Source: Thermoproteota archaeon (GTDB taxonomy: Archaea; Thermoproteota; Methanomethylicia; Methanomethylicales; JAGHCH01). From it: a stretch of DNA of 37,674 nucleotides. Shown piece after piece: positions 17,134-25,934 of the stretch; the first letter of the stretch is position 1, and each line of letters begins with the position of its first letter. The stretch is taken from assembly GCA_021160575.1 (NCBI GenBank), contig JAGHCH010000061.1:1-37674 (forward strand), read 5' to 3'. A program made the translations under genes and the position numbers. The notes beneath the pieces were generated by a model. It saw nothing but the letters and a program-made list of their open reading frames with translations, was not told the origin of the DNA and did no database searches.

Positions 17134-18165
17134 GTGGAACCTATCAATCAGCGAGGCTTAGGAAAAAGCGGCGTCATCCTAGCAGTGCTAGTAGTTGTTG
17201 TGCTACTGATTTCGGTCACCTACATTCTCCAGCCCAAAGCTGTAGAGATACATCTCTCCGGCTCTACCACTGTCTACCCCCTTGCTACAAAGTGGGCGGA
17301 AGAGTATATGCAAAAGAAACCCAACTATAAGATCGACGTTTCCGGAGGCGGATCTGGCAAAGGTATCAGCGATGTAGCGCAAAACCTCGTAGACATAGGA
17401 ATGTCCTCGCGGCACTTGAAGAGCGAAGAGTTCAAAAAGTATCCTTCGCTAATCCCCATCCCTATCGCTCATGACGCGGTAATGATCATCATAAATTCTA
17501 AGAATCCTGTGCTCAACACATTGCTGGAGAAGGGGATTTCAAGGGATGCTCTCATCAAAATTTACGTTGAGGGCTCTCTCAAGAGCTGGGAGTATGTTGC
17601 TAGCATTGATCTGGATGACGACGGCTACATAGACTACAATGGGACTCACGCACTTAACCCTGAAACTGGCCTCCTTGAGTACATGCCCAGCAATTACAAG
17701 CTTTCTGCAAGCTATGAGATACATCCTATCACGAGAAGCGATGCATCTGGAACCGCAGAAACCTTTGCTGAATTTCTTGGAGTAAACCAAGAAGATCTCA
17801 AGGGTATAGGCGCCTCTGGCAATCCGGGAGTTCTCCAAGCGGTAGCAAGTGATCCACTCGCAATAGGGTATGTGGGCCTTGCCTTTGCCTTCAAGGAAGG
17901 AGTATGCGCCATGCCTATCGACGCCAACAATAATGGCATTATTGAGGAACATGAACGAGTTGATAGCGAGGCTTACGTAGCCAGTCACATAGCTGACTAT
18001 CCAATCTCAAGGATCCTGTTCTTCGTAGTTAATGGTAAGCCCACTAAAGAGGTGGCCGACTTCATCCATTGGTGTCTGACGGAAGGACAGACGTATGTAA
18101 GCGATGTTGGCTACGTCTCACTCACACCAAGCGAAGTTGAGGATGCCTTAAGTCTAATCCGCTGA
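17134..18165 (+). CDS. pstS: Phosphate ABC transporter substrate-binding protein
   Basis: SGSTTVYP, GGGSGKGI, DIGMSSR, TRSDASGT and AIGYVGL. Confidence 0.93.
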   Translation: MEPINQRGLGKSGVILAVLVVVVLLISVTYILQPKAVEIHLSGSTTVYPLATKWAEEYMQKKPNYKIDVSGGGSGKGISDVAQNLVDIGMSSRHLKSEEFKKYPSLIPIPIAHDAVMIIINSKNPVLNTLLEKGISRDALIKIYVEGSLKSWEYVASIDLDDDGYIDYNGTHALNPETGLLEYMPSNYKLSASYEIHPITRSDASGTAETFAEFLGVNQEDLKGIGASGNPGVLQAVASDPLAIGYVGLAFAFKEGVCAMPIDANNNGIIEEHERVDSEAYVASHIADYPISRILFFVVNGKPTKEVADFIHWCLTEGQTYVSDVGYVSLTPSEVEDALSLIR

Positions 18166-18170
18166 GGGAG

Positions 18171-19154
18171 ATGGCAGTGTCCCTCAAAAACCGCTCCACA
18201 TTTTTTACTGATCGAGAAGGGGCTAATCCTCGCAGTTTACGCGGTAAAATTGACAAGTTGTCATCATGCTTTCTAGCAATAGCCTCAATTTCATCAATCT
18301 TCGTAGTTTCAACTATTGCTGCTCTTCTTCTGTATAACTTCATGAAATTCTGTGAACAAGGTTTTCTTCCAAGCATTCTCTCTGATGTGTGGCTCCCCAG
18401 TAAAGGAGAATATGGTCTCCTCCCATTCATAGCCGGGACACTATGGATTACCGCTGTTGCTATGACCATTTCTCTGCCACTAGGCTTTCTTACGGCAATC
18501 TTCATGGCAGAATACATTCCGCGGAAAATGCATTCTCCGATTAAGTCGCTGATCGAACTTCTAGCGGGAATTCCGTCCGTAGTGTATGGTATGTGGGGTT
18601 TAATGGTCCTAGTGCCTCTTGTGAGAGATCAACTTGCTCCTCTTATAGGAGGCAGCCTTGGCAAAGTTTTCCCACTATTTAGGGTGAATGTAAATATTGG
18701 TTTCAGCATTCTCGCAGCGGGGATTGTTCTTTCAATAATGGTGCTTCCAATAATGATCTCCACATCGGAGGAGGTTATGCGTGCAGTTCCTATGGAGTAT
18801 CGTGAAGCGGCTTTAGCTCTAGGTGCCACTAGGTGGCAAGCAACTAAAACGGTAGTCTTACGGCTGGCGTCCCCTGGTATCTTTGCTGGTATTATTCTCT
18901 CCTTCTGCCGTGCATTTGGGGAGACTATGGCCGTGCTGATGGTTGCTGGGAATGTAATAACAGTTCCTTCTTCACTGTTTGACCCTGCTTATCCGCTTAC
19001 AGCTCTCATTGCAAACCACCTTCCAGAGATGATCTCTATTCCATCCTATGCTTATGCATTGCTAACAGCTGGTTTCATACTGTTCGTAGTTACCTTTTCT
19101 TTCAATGTGATTGCTAGGTTAGTCGTCCGCAGACTGAAAAGAATGGGGCAATAG
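18171..19154 (+). CDS. pstC: Phosphate ABC transporter permease PstC
   Basis: ELLAGIPSVVYGMWG, REAALALGATRW and RAFGETMAVLMVAGN. Confidence 0.94.
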   Translation: MAVSLKNRSTFFTDREGANPRSLRGKIDKLSSCFLAIASISSIFVVSTIAALLLYNFMKFCEQGFLPSILSDVWLPSKGEYGLLPFIAGTLWITAVAMTISLPLGFLTAIFMAEYIPRKMHSPIKSLIELLAGIPSVVYGMWGLMVLVPLVRDQLAPLIGGSLGKVFPLFRVNVNIGFSILAAGIVLSIMVLPIMISTSEEVMRAVPMEYREAALALGATRWQATKTVVLRLASPGIFAGIILSFCRAFGETMAVLMVAGNVITVPSSLFDPAYPLTALIANHLPEMISIPSYAYALLTAGFILFVVTFSFNVIARLVVRRLKRMGQ

Positions 19155-19156
19155 CC

Positions 19157-19999
19157 ATGCGCAGAGCGATGATGGAAGAATTGCTGATAAAGCTTCTCAT
19201 GGCGATAGCGACCGTCGTTGTACTAGGTTTTCTTCTAGTAATTCTAGTAGATATTGCAAGAAGGGGGGTCTCTGCTCTCTCCCTGTCAATGCTTATTGAA
19301 CTGCCCAGAAATGCTGGGCGAGAAGGAGGGCTTCTCAATGCTATAGTGGGCTCCCTTTACATATCGAGTTTGGCAACATTGTTTTCAGCTTCAATTGGCG
19401 TTCCCGCCGGGCTCTACATTGCGGAATTTGAGGGTAAGTCTAGAATCGCGCGTGCAGCCAGCTTCGCAGCTGAAGTACTGTCGGGAATCCCGTCTATAGT
19501 TTTTGGAGTGTATGGATTCATCATCTTCGTAATAATGCTTAACATGGGAGTTTCATTGCTTGCTGGAGCTCTTACTCTGGCTTGCCTAGAACTACCCATA
19601 ATAATCAAGGTTACAGAGGAAACTGTAAAGCTAGTGCCCTCACATATTAAGGAAGCTGCTCTATCTCTTGGGGCTACTCGCTGGGAGGTTCTCTCCAAAG
19701 TTACTATTCGCCAAGCTGTTCCAGGCATTGCGACTGCGGTACTTCTAGCATTCGCCCGCGGAGCTGGAGAAGCAGCCCCGCTCATGTTTACTTCTGGTTA
19801 CAGCAACTTTACACCAAGCTCTCTTCTCAGCCCGGCAGCAAACCTTCCCCTAGCTGTTTACTACTTGATTATGATGCCATTTCCTGAAGCTCACATGAGG
19901 GCATACGCGGCTGCTTTCATCCTAACAATAATGGTTCTCTCCATGAATTGGTGTTCCAGGATGCTCTTTAAGAGGTGGAGTCGATATGTTGTCAAGTAA
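19157..19999 (+). CDS. pstA: Phosphate ABC transporter permease PstA
   Basis: GGLLNAIVGS, LSGIPSIVFG, EAALSLGATRW and ARGAGEAAPLMFT. Confidence 0.94.
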   Translation: MRRAMMEELLIKLLMAIATVVVLGFLLVILVDIARRGVSALSLSMLIELPRNAGREGGLLNAIVGSLYISSLATLFSASIGVPAGLYIAEFEGKSRIARAASFAAEVLSGIPSIVFGVYGFIIFVIMLNMGVSLLAGALTLACLELPIIIKVTEETVKLVPSHIKEAALSLGATRWEVLSKVTIRQAVPGIATAVLLAFARGAGEAAPLMFTSGYSNFTPSSLLSPAANLPLAVYYLIMMPFPEAHMRAYAAAFILTIMVLSMNWCSRMLFKRWSRYVVK

Positions 20000-20789
20000 G
20001 AGTCTTAAAAACTTGCAGCATTCTCGCCCCTCTGTCCAAGGTAAAATAGTTGTAGAAAACTTGAATGTCTACTTTGGGAAGCACCATGTTCTCAAAAATC
20101 TCTCCATAGCCATACCAGATCGTCAAGTGACCGCGATTATTGGTCCTTCCGGCTGCGGTAAGACAACATTCCTCCGCTCGCTCAATCGGATGATAGAGCT
20201 TGTAGACGGCGCTAAGGTAACAGGCAAGGTGTTCCTAGACGGCCTTAACATCTACTCCCCGAAAGTAGATAGCTCTGATATCAGGCGCAGAGTAGGCATG
20301 GTCTTCCAAAAACCAAATCCTCTCCCAATGAGCATATATGACAACGTAGCCTTCGGGCCAAGGATACACGGCATCAGAAACAAGAAGGTTCTTGACAAAT
20401 TGGTAGAGGAATCTCTCAAAGCTGCTGGACTTTGGGATGAAGTAAAGAATAGACTTAAAGATCCCGCCGTCTCCCTCTCTGGCGGTCAGCAGCAGCGTCT
20501 CTGCATCGCAAGGGCACTCGCAGTCAACCCAGAAGTTCTACTGATGGATGAACCCACCGCTTCTTTAGATCCCATCTCCTCAGCGAAAATAGAATCCTTA
20601 ATTCGTGAGCTAAAAAGAAAGTACACTATCATAGTTGTTACCCATAACTTGCAGCAAGCTATGCGCATCGCTGATTATGTAGTCTTCCTCTTCATGGGAG
20701 AACTGATAGAACACGGAGCAGCTGATGAAATCTTCACCTCTCCAAGAAATACTAAAACTATTGAATATCTTAGGGGGGCTTTCAGCTAA
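19986..20789 (+). CDS. pstB: Phosphate ABC transporter ATP-binding protein
   Basis: GPSGCGKTT, VGMVFQKPNP, LSGGQQQRLCIARALA and LDPIS. Confidence 0.95.
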   Translation: MLSSKSLKNLQHSRPSVQGKIVVENLNVYFGKHHVLKNLSIAIPDRQVTAIIGPSGCGKTTFLRSLNRMIELVDGAKVTGKVFLDGLNIYSPKVDSSDIRRRVGMVFQKPNPLPMSIYDNVAFGPRIHGIRNKKVLDKLVEESLKAAGLWDEVKNRLKDPAVSLSGGQQQRLCIARALAVNPEVLLMDEPTASLDPISSAKIESLIRELKRKYTIIVVTHNLQQAMRIADYVVFLFMGELIEHGAADEIFTSPRNTKTIEYLRGAFS

Positions 20790-20851
20790 GCCTATAATTT
20801 CCAGCTACGTAAGACAATAATGCCAGCTCTTTCCGTGCGCGGTGTCTCCTC

Positions 20852-22207
20852 GTGAAAATCGCGGTTGTCACTCCTGAAGTTTACACTTATGGCGCTATGC
20901 TGGTAGCTGGTTCCTTAGAGGAAGCTGGACATGAAGTTAAGCTGATCAAGGTCGCTGATCTACGATCTCCTCCGGTGGACGAGCTAAGAAACTACCCCAT
21001 GGTTTGCCTCGGCCTTTACTCCACCCTTCACATAGCTAAATTAGCTCCGCTTATACGGCAGCTTGCTAAAGCTGGCTGCTACACCGTTGTAGGGGGTCCG
21101 GCCGCTTTTGAACCTAGAGTGGTTTTCTACCATATTCCTGAAGTTGATGCAGTGGTGGTTGGTGAAGCTGAAGACTCTATAGCCGCTTTAGCCAACTTGT
21201 TCTCTAAAGCCTCTCCTAAGCCTCCTCCAAAAGACCTTGAAGGTATTCCTGGGGTATTTTTCGTGGAGGGCGATGAAGTTGCTGGCACTCCTCCTAAACC
21301 AGTAGACTTGGACAAGCGCCCTCCACCCAAGATCCCCCCAGACATCTACAGAGAGAACATTCGAGGAGCCAACGTCTACATGGAGATTCTCCGCGGCTGC
21401 CATGGCAACTGCACCTTCTGCCAAGTGCACTGCATGTTCGGGAGAGTTATCCGCTGTAGAGCTCTAGAAGACGTAGTTGCCGAGGCTAGGGAGTTCTCAA
21501 GAATGGGAGCTTCAAGAATAGCCATTAGTGGAGGCACAGTCACCTACTATAGATGCAGCGGCTATTCTTTCACCGACCTCCTCCATAGCCTCTCTTCTCT
21601 AGTCGGTCCTGACAATCTTTCAACACCTGACGTTAGAGTTGATGCAGTGGATGATGAAGTGCTTGAAGCTATAAAGAGGTACACAATAGGGTGGATTTTC
21701 TACGGCATAGAGTCTGGCAGCCAGAGAATGCTCAATAAAATGCGTAAGGGAATTACCCTCCAGCAGATCAAAAATGCTGTGGAAATGGCTAGAGAACTTG
21801 GGGTAAAGGTGGCCGGTTCCTTTATCGTCGGCTATCTAGGAGAGAGCGATGAAGACTACGAAGAGACCAAGCAGCTAGTGGAGGAGCTTTCTCTCCACGA
21901 CTGCTTTGTCAGCATAGCCGAGCCTTTGCCCAGAACCCCCTACCTTGAAGAGGTGCTCAAGTCACCCCTCTCTGAAAACCCAGTGTTCGTAAAGGATCAA
22001 GGGCTCTATGGGAGGAAGTATGGGCTTACAGTGGCTGAAGCGAGAGCCTTCGACCTCATGATAACTGGCTTCATCTCAAAGCCTAGGCTGGAGCTTCTGT
22101 CAAGAGATGTCGAGCTCTCCTTCCTTCAAGAAGCGAAGAGGCAAGGGGAAGATATACGAAAAGCAACCCTAATGCTGCGGCAAGCCCTCACTCAGCTCTC
22201 TCTATGA
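20852..22207 (+). CDS. mgmA: B12-binding radical SAM protein, MJ0865/TIGR04014-like; probable MCR glutamine C-methyltransferase
   Basis: N-terminal PEVYTYGAML.AG, LYSTLH and VGGP B12 domain; IRGANVYMEILRGCHGNCTFCQV (CxxxCxxC), RIAISGGT, PDVRVD and GIESGS. Lies 6 kb from mcrA. Confidence 0.78.
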   Translation: MKIAVVTPEVYTYGAMLVAGSLEEAGHEVKLIKVADLRSPPVDELRNYPMVCLGLYSTLHIAKLAPLIRQLAKAGCYTVVGGPAAFEPRVVFYHIPEVDAVVVGEAEDSIAALANLFSKASPKPPPKDLEGIPGVFFVEGDEVAGTPPKPVDLDKRPPPKIPPDIYRENIRGANVYMEILRGCHGNCTFCQVHCMFGRVIRCRALEDVVAEAREFSRMGASRIAISGGTVTYYRCSGYSFTDLLHSLSSLVGPDNLSTPDVRVDAVDDEVLEAIKRYTIGWIFYGIESGSQRMLNKMRKGITLQQIKNAVEMARELGVKVAGSFIVGYLGESDEDYEETKQLVEELSLHDCFVSIAEPLPRTPYLEEVLKSPLSENPVFVKDQGLYGRKYGLTVAEARAFDLMITGFISKPRLELLSRDVELSFLQEAKRQGEDIRKATLMLRQALTQLSL

Positions 22208-22991
22208 TCTGATCTACTAGTCCTAGAATCTCCCTAGTCTCCTCCACCACGTAGTCCGCGACTTCAAAAAGTTCTCTGGGCTTCTCCTCTCCATCTTGAA
22301 GCGTCAAAACCGAAATATCCGCGTGTATCATAGCTTCATAGTCGTTTAGATCGTTACCTATCATGAAAACTAAGCCATAAAAGCCCTTCAACCTCTCCAC
22401 GATCTCCGCTTTCTCATAGGGATCTGCGTTAGCAAAGGTAAAGTAGCTTGAAATGCCGAGCTTCTTAGCCAGCTTGCCCACCGAATTTCTGCAGTTCCCC
22501 GAGACCAAGAAGAAGTCAATTCCTCTCTTCTTTAAGCCGCCTATGAGCTCCACAATCCCCGGGTAAAGCTCCCCACCTAAGCCTACACAATGGGAGGGCC
22601 TTCTAATCTCACCGTCAACAATTACAGCTAATCCAGTGCCATACTTCGTTTTACCTGTGCGCAGCACCTCCAAATAAGCTGCTTTAAGTCCTTCAGCTAT
22701 TCGTCTAAAATTTTCTTCTTCCTTCAAGCTAAGGCGATAGATTTTCACAGCTTCCTCTTTCGATATTCCTACGTAATAGCTGGCAACAGCCCTTGCCTTC
22801 TCCAAGAACTCCCCAGGGTCTTTTGTAACCCTACTTAAAGGCCCCTCTAAATTCACAAGAGCTCTCTTTGCAGAGGAGACCAACTCGATAACTGAGATCT
22901 CCTTAAGTAGTTTACCACCCCAGCAGTCAACAACTACCCTATAGGGCTTGAGGATAGTCCCCGATACGTCAAAGACTATTGCTATCCTCAA
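22188..22991 (-). CDS. HAD-family soluble P-type ATPase-like protein (COG4087-like, methanogen-associated)
   Basis: AIVFDVSGT (DxSGT), LVSG, K...V..L and MIGNDLND..AM..AD; no TM segments. Confidence 0.8.
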   Translation of the reverse strand: MRIAIVFDVSGTILKPYRVVVDCWGGKLLKEISVIELVSSAKRALVNLEGPLSRVTKDPGEFLEKARAVASYYVGISKEEAVKIYRLSLKEEENFRRIAEGLKAAYLEVLRTGKTKYGTGLAVIVDGEIRRPSHCVGLGGELYPGIVELIGGLKKRGIDFFLVSGNCRNSVGKLAKKLGISSYFTFANADPYEKAEIVERLKGFYGLVFMIGNDLNDYEAMIHADISVLTLQDGEEKPRELFEVADYVVEETREILGLVDQIIERAE

Positions 22992-23006
22992 GGATGTTAC
23001 ACCGCT

Positions 23007-23324
23007 TCAGCCCACGCAACCGCTGTCGTAAATTTCTTTTTCAAGAAGCTCCTCTGCACCCTCCTCCTCCAAGCTCCTTCTAGGCTTCAACTCAACCTCC
23101 GCTTTTACTCTTTCCTCTTTCTTCCTTCTTCTCTCCATCAGCTCAAGAACTCTCTTTAGCTCCTCCTCCGAAGAGGGCTCAAGATACTCTACGCTATAGA
23201 GAAGCCCGGTAGTGTCTAGCTCAGCCCATAACCCCCCTATTTCATCTCTTACAACACTAATAACCCTACCAACGGTGCCAGTTCCCTTATACCTCACCAC
23301 ATCCCCAATTTTCACAGCTTCCAT
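23007..23324 (-). CDS. DUF2098 family protein (methanogen-associated)
   Basis: IGDVVRYKGTGTVGRV...WAELDTTGLLY..EYLE, charged linker, C-terminal GCVG. Confidence 0.8.
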   Translation of the reverse strand: MEAVKIGDVVRYKGTGTVGRVISVVRDEIGGLWAELDTTGLLYSVEYLEPSSEEELKRVLELMERRRKKEERVKAEVELKPRRSLEEEGAEELLEKEIYDSGCVG

Positions 23325-23435
23325 GATTAAGCATCCCCCACCAATCTTATTACACGCCCCCCTATAACAGAGTTCCTCTCCAGCGAATTTCTCCTAAGAT
23401 TATCACCCGGCATCAGCTGCGTATCTCAAGACCAT

Positions 23436-23471
23436 AAACTATATTTCAGCAGTCCAAAATTATATCTCAGC
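23436..23471. repeat. Imperfect 15-bp direct repeat in a divergent promoter
   Basis: AAACTATATTTCAGC (23436-23450) and AAATTATATCTCAGC (23457-23471); 13/15 identical, 21-bp period. Confidence 0.55.
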
Positions 23472-23477
23472 TCCCTA

Positions 23478-24458
23478 GTGGGGATGGGTTCCTTGCTACA
23501 AGAGAGCTTACAGCAAATCACCGAGGAACTTCGAAAGTTTCGAGGGCTCTCAAGGAAGTCCTGCATAGGCGACATCTTGAAGGTCTTCGGAGAAAGAGAA
23601 TTCGATGACGCTGGTTTCCTCGATATAGATGACTTCTATATAGTGGTCTCAACCGATGGGATAACCGAAGATCTGGTGAAGGCGGATCCATGGCTAGCTG
23701 GCTACTACTCCGTGCTGGTAAACGTGAACGACGTTGTTGTGAAGGGAGCTAAACCTCTAGGCTATGTCAACGTAGTTTCCTCTCCTAACAGTCAAACCCG
23801 GCTGATGATAGCCAAGGGCATCGAGGCCGCGCTTAAGAAGTATGGGCTGAAGCTCTTGAAAGGGCATACACACCCTGACACTTCTTATGAAGCTATAGAT
23901 GCCGCGGTGATAGGCGTTGCGAAGCGCATTGCAAGAAGCTCCACGGCAAAGCCAGGGGATAGCATCCTTCTTGCAGTAGACCTCGACGGCTCCTTTGGAC
24001 AGAAGGGATGGGTAAAGTGCTTCGACTCTACTCAGCATAAAAGCCCTGAAGAACTCCGGCAAATGCTCTTCACAGTAATCGACGTGGTCGAGTCCTCATT
24101 GGTCACCGCTTCAAGAGACGTCAGCGCCCCCGGAATCATCGGGAGCATTGCCATGCTCTGTGAGTCAAGCAACGTTGGTGCTTCCATCAACCTAGAAGCG
24201 GTACCAAAGCCTGAAAATACCTCTATCGTCGATTGGCTTACCGCTTATCCAGCCTTAGGTTTTATCTTCACAACGTCCAAAGCCCGAGAATGCCTCCGCC
24301 TACTCGAGAGCAAGGGTTACCACGTTTCTGTCATAGGCGAAGTCAACAATACTAAGAAAATCACCCTACAATACCGAGGAGAAAGCGAAATCTTTGCAGA
24401 TCTTAACACAGAGTCTATCTTCGGCTTCAGAAAGCCCATACACCCCTGCCTACCCTAA
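23478..24458 (+). CDS. mmp2: Methanogenesis marker protein 2 (AIR synthase/PurM-like)
   Basis: LRKFRGLSRK..IGD, DDAG, ADPWLAGYYSVLVNVND, GHTHPD, RDVSAPG and DWLTAYP. Confidence 0.82.
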   Translation: MGMGSLLQESLQQITEELRKFRGLSRKSCIGDILKVFGEREFDDAGFLDIDDFYIVVSTDGITEDLVKADPWLAGYYSVLVNVNDVVVKGAKPLGYVNVVSSPNSQTRLMIAKGIEAALKKYGLKLLKGHTHPDTSYEAIDAAVIGVAKRIARSSTAKPGDSILLAVDLDGSFGQKGWVKCFDSTQHKSPEELRQMLFTVIDVVESSLVTASRDVSAPGIIGSIAMLCESSNVGASINLEAVPKPENTSIVDWLTAYPALGFIFTTSKARECLRLLESKGYHVSVIGEVNNTKKITLQYRGESEIFADLNTESIFGFRKPIHPCLP

Positions 24459-24842
24459 GTGCATAAAGGCCGTTCTAAGCTGCTTCACGCCCCTTGTAGT
24501 CTTTAACCCGGCGATGAGTTCCTTTACTTTCTCTGATTCCCCTGAAATCACTAAAACTTCAAGGCAGCTCTTTTCATCGACATGAACGTGCATTAAGGAG
24601 TTTATGACATCTCCATATTCATGTTGAACTTCGAGAAGCTCTCCCCTCTGCCTCCTATCATAGAGGATCGTGATGGTGGCAATCACCTGTCCCCTTACAT
24701 CCTCGTACTCATGGTGATCAGCAATGAAGTTTCTGAGTGCTTGCCTGAAGAGTTCAGAACGACTGGCATATCCATACTTTTTAGCGACTTCATCGAGCTG
24801 AGAGGTTAACTCCTTTGGGAGTGAAATGCTTATAATGTTCAT
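24450..24842 (-). CDS. nikR: Nickel-responsive regulator NikR family
   Basis: RHH N-terminus (IISISLP..L...LD...GY.SRSE) and QH...MHVH.....CLE with all four canonical Ni ligands. Confidence 0.88.
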   Translation of the reverse strand: MNIISISLPKELTSQLDEVAKKYGYASRSELFRQALRNFIADHHEYEDVRGQVIATITILYDRRQRGELLEVQHEYGDVINSLMHVHVDEKSCLEVLVISGESEKVKELIAGLKTTRGVKQLRTAFMHLG

Positions 24843-24887
24843 TTTTCCAGCTCCTTATTAACTACTAATCCTCAATCCTCTTAAATA

Positions 24888-24916
24888 TTATTAACTTAAT
24901 GAAGGAAAATTAATAA
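24888..24916. promoter_or_regulatory. Putative NikR operator
   Basis: TTATTAA-N15-TTAATAA inverted repeat between nikR and the metal ABC operon; extra TTATTAACT half-site at 24855. Confidence 0.45.
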
Positions 24917-24950
24917 GTCTCCTCATCTTCATTTTCAAGTAGGAGGTTTC

Positions 24951-25934
24951 ATGCGTTTAACCATTTTAGTAATACTGCTGTTGTTTCTCTTAATACCTAC
25001 AACTGGAGGAGCCCTTGAAAATAAGGTAGTGGTAGCTGTCTCCGTGCCTTCGCTATCATATATTGTAAAAAGTGTTTTAGGAGATTATGCTGAAATAGTG
25101 GTTATAGTTCCGGAAGGTGTAGATCCACATCTCATCCAGTTCTCTCCCGATCTCCTCTCCAAGGTTTCTAATGCTGAACTCCTCGTGCTGACAGGGCATC
25201 TCCCCTTTGAGCAGAAGCTCTGTCAAGAAGTTGGCCCTCAGAGGTGTCTCACACTTAAAGACTACTTAAAGGAGGGCGCTGTTCTGCTGAAACTGCCTAG
25301 TGGCGAGTTAAATCTTCACGCCTATTGGTTACATCCAAAGAATGCTCTCGCAATAGCCTCGGCATTGTGCAAGAGAATTTCCATTTTGCATCCTGAGTTG
25401 AAAGATTTCTGTGAGACCTCTCTGGCAAAGTTCGCGGATGATGTGCAACAGTTCTTGAAGAGTTCCTCCTCAATTATGAGGGAGCGTCAAATGGTCAACT
25501 GCCCTGTTCTGGTGGTCTTCCCAGCCGAAATGTACATTGCCAATGCATTCAACTTGACAGTAGCTGAAGTCTTAGTGGAAGGTGAGCTGGCCCCCTCAGC
25601 TGAGAAGTTGTCGAAGATCTCCGAGATGGTGGAGAAGGGAGAGATTCAGCTCATAGTAGCATCTGATGTGTCAATGTATACTAAAGCTGGTGAATACGCT
25701 GAAGGCTTCGCGAGAGATCATGGAGTGCCATTAGTCCGCGTTGCTGTCCTCTCTGGAGCTTTCTCTGACTACCTCGACTTGATGTACTACAATTTGGGGG
25801 TTATTACATCCTCCTACTTGAAGGGCTCATCAAAGAGTCATAGCGATCTCTCCTTAGTTCTAGTGCCTATACTCGCAGTAGTAGCATCTATTGCAGCCGC
25901 TGAAAGCTTCATCCTGTGGGGGAGAAAGCCTTGA
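24951..25934 (+). CDS. Metal ABC transporter substrate-binding protein (ZnuA/TroA cluster A-I)
   Basis: Signal peptide, PEGVDPH, NLHAYWLHPKNA and a C-terminal TM anchor; AGGAGG SD. Confidence 0.88.
   Translation: MRLTILVILLLFLLIPTTGGALENKVVVAVSVPSLSYIVKSVLGDYAEIVVIVPEGVDPHLIQFSPDLLSKVSNAELLVLTGHLPFEQKLCQEVGPQRCLTLKDYLKEGAVLLKLPSGELNLHAYWLHPKNALAIASALCKRISILHPELKDFCETSLAKFADDVQQFLKSSSSIMRERQMVNCPVLVVFPAEMYIANAFNLTVAEVLVEGELAPSAEKLSKISEMVEKGEIQLIVASDVSMYTKAGEYAEGFARDHGVPLVRVAVLSGAFSDYLDLMYYNLGVITSSYLKGSSKSHSDLSLVLVPILAVVASIAAAESFILWGRKP

Noticed and set aside
17539-17988. 149-aa minus-strand ORF, and the many other 60-135 aa antisense or alternate-frame ORFs
   Set aside because: They lie within well-supported genes and have no recognisable motifs; treated as shadow ORFs.
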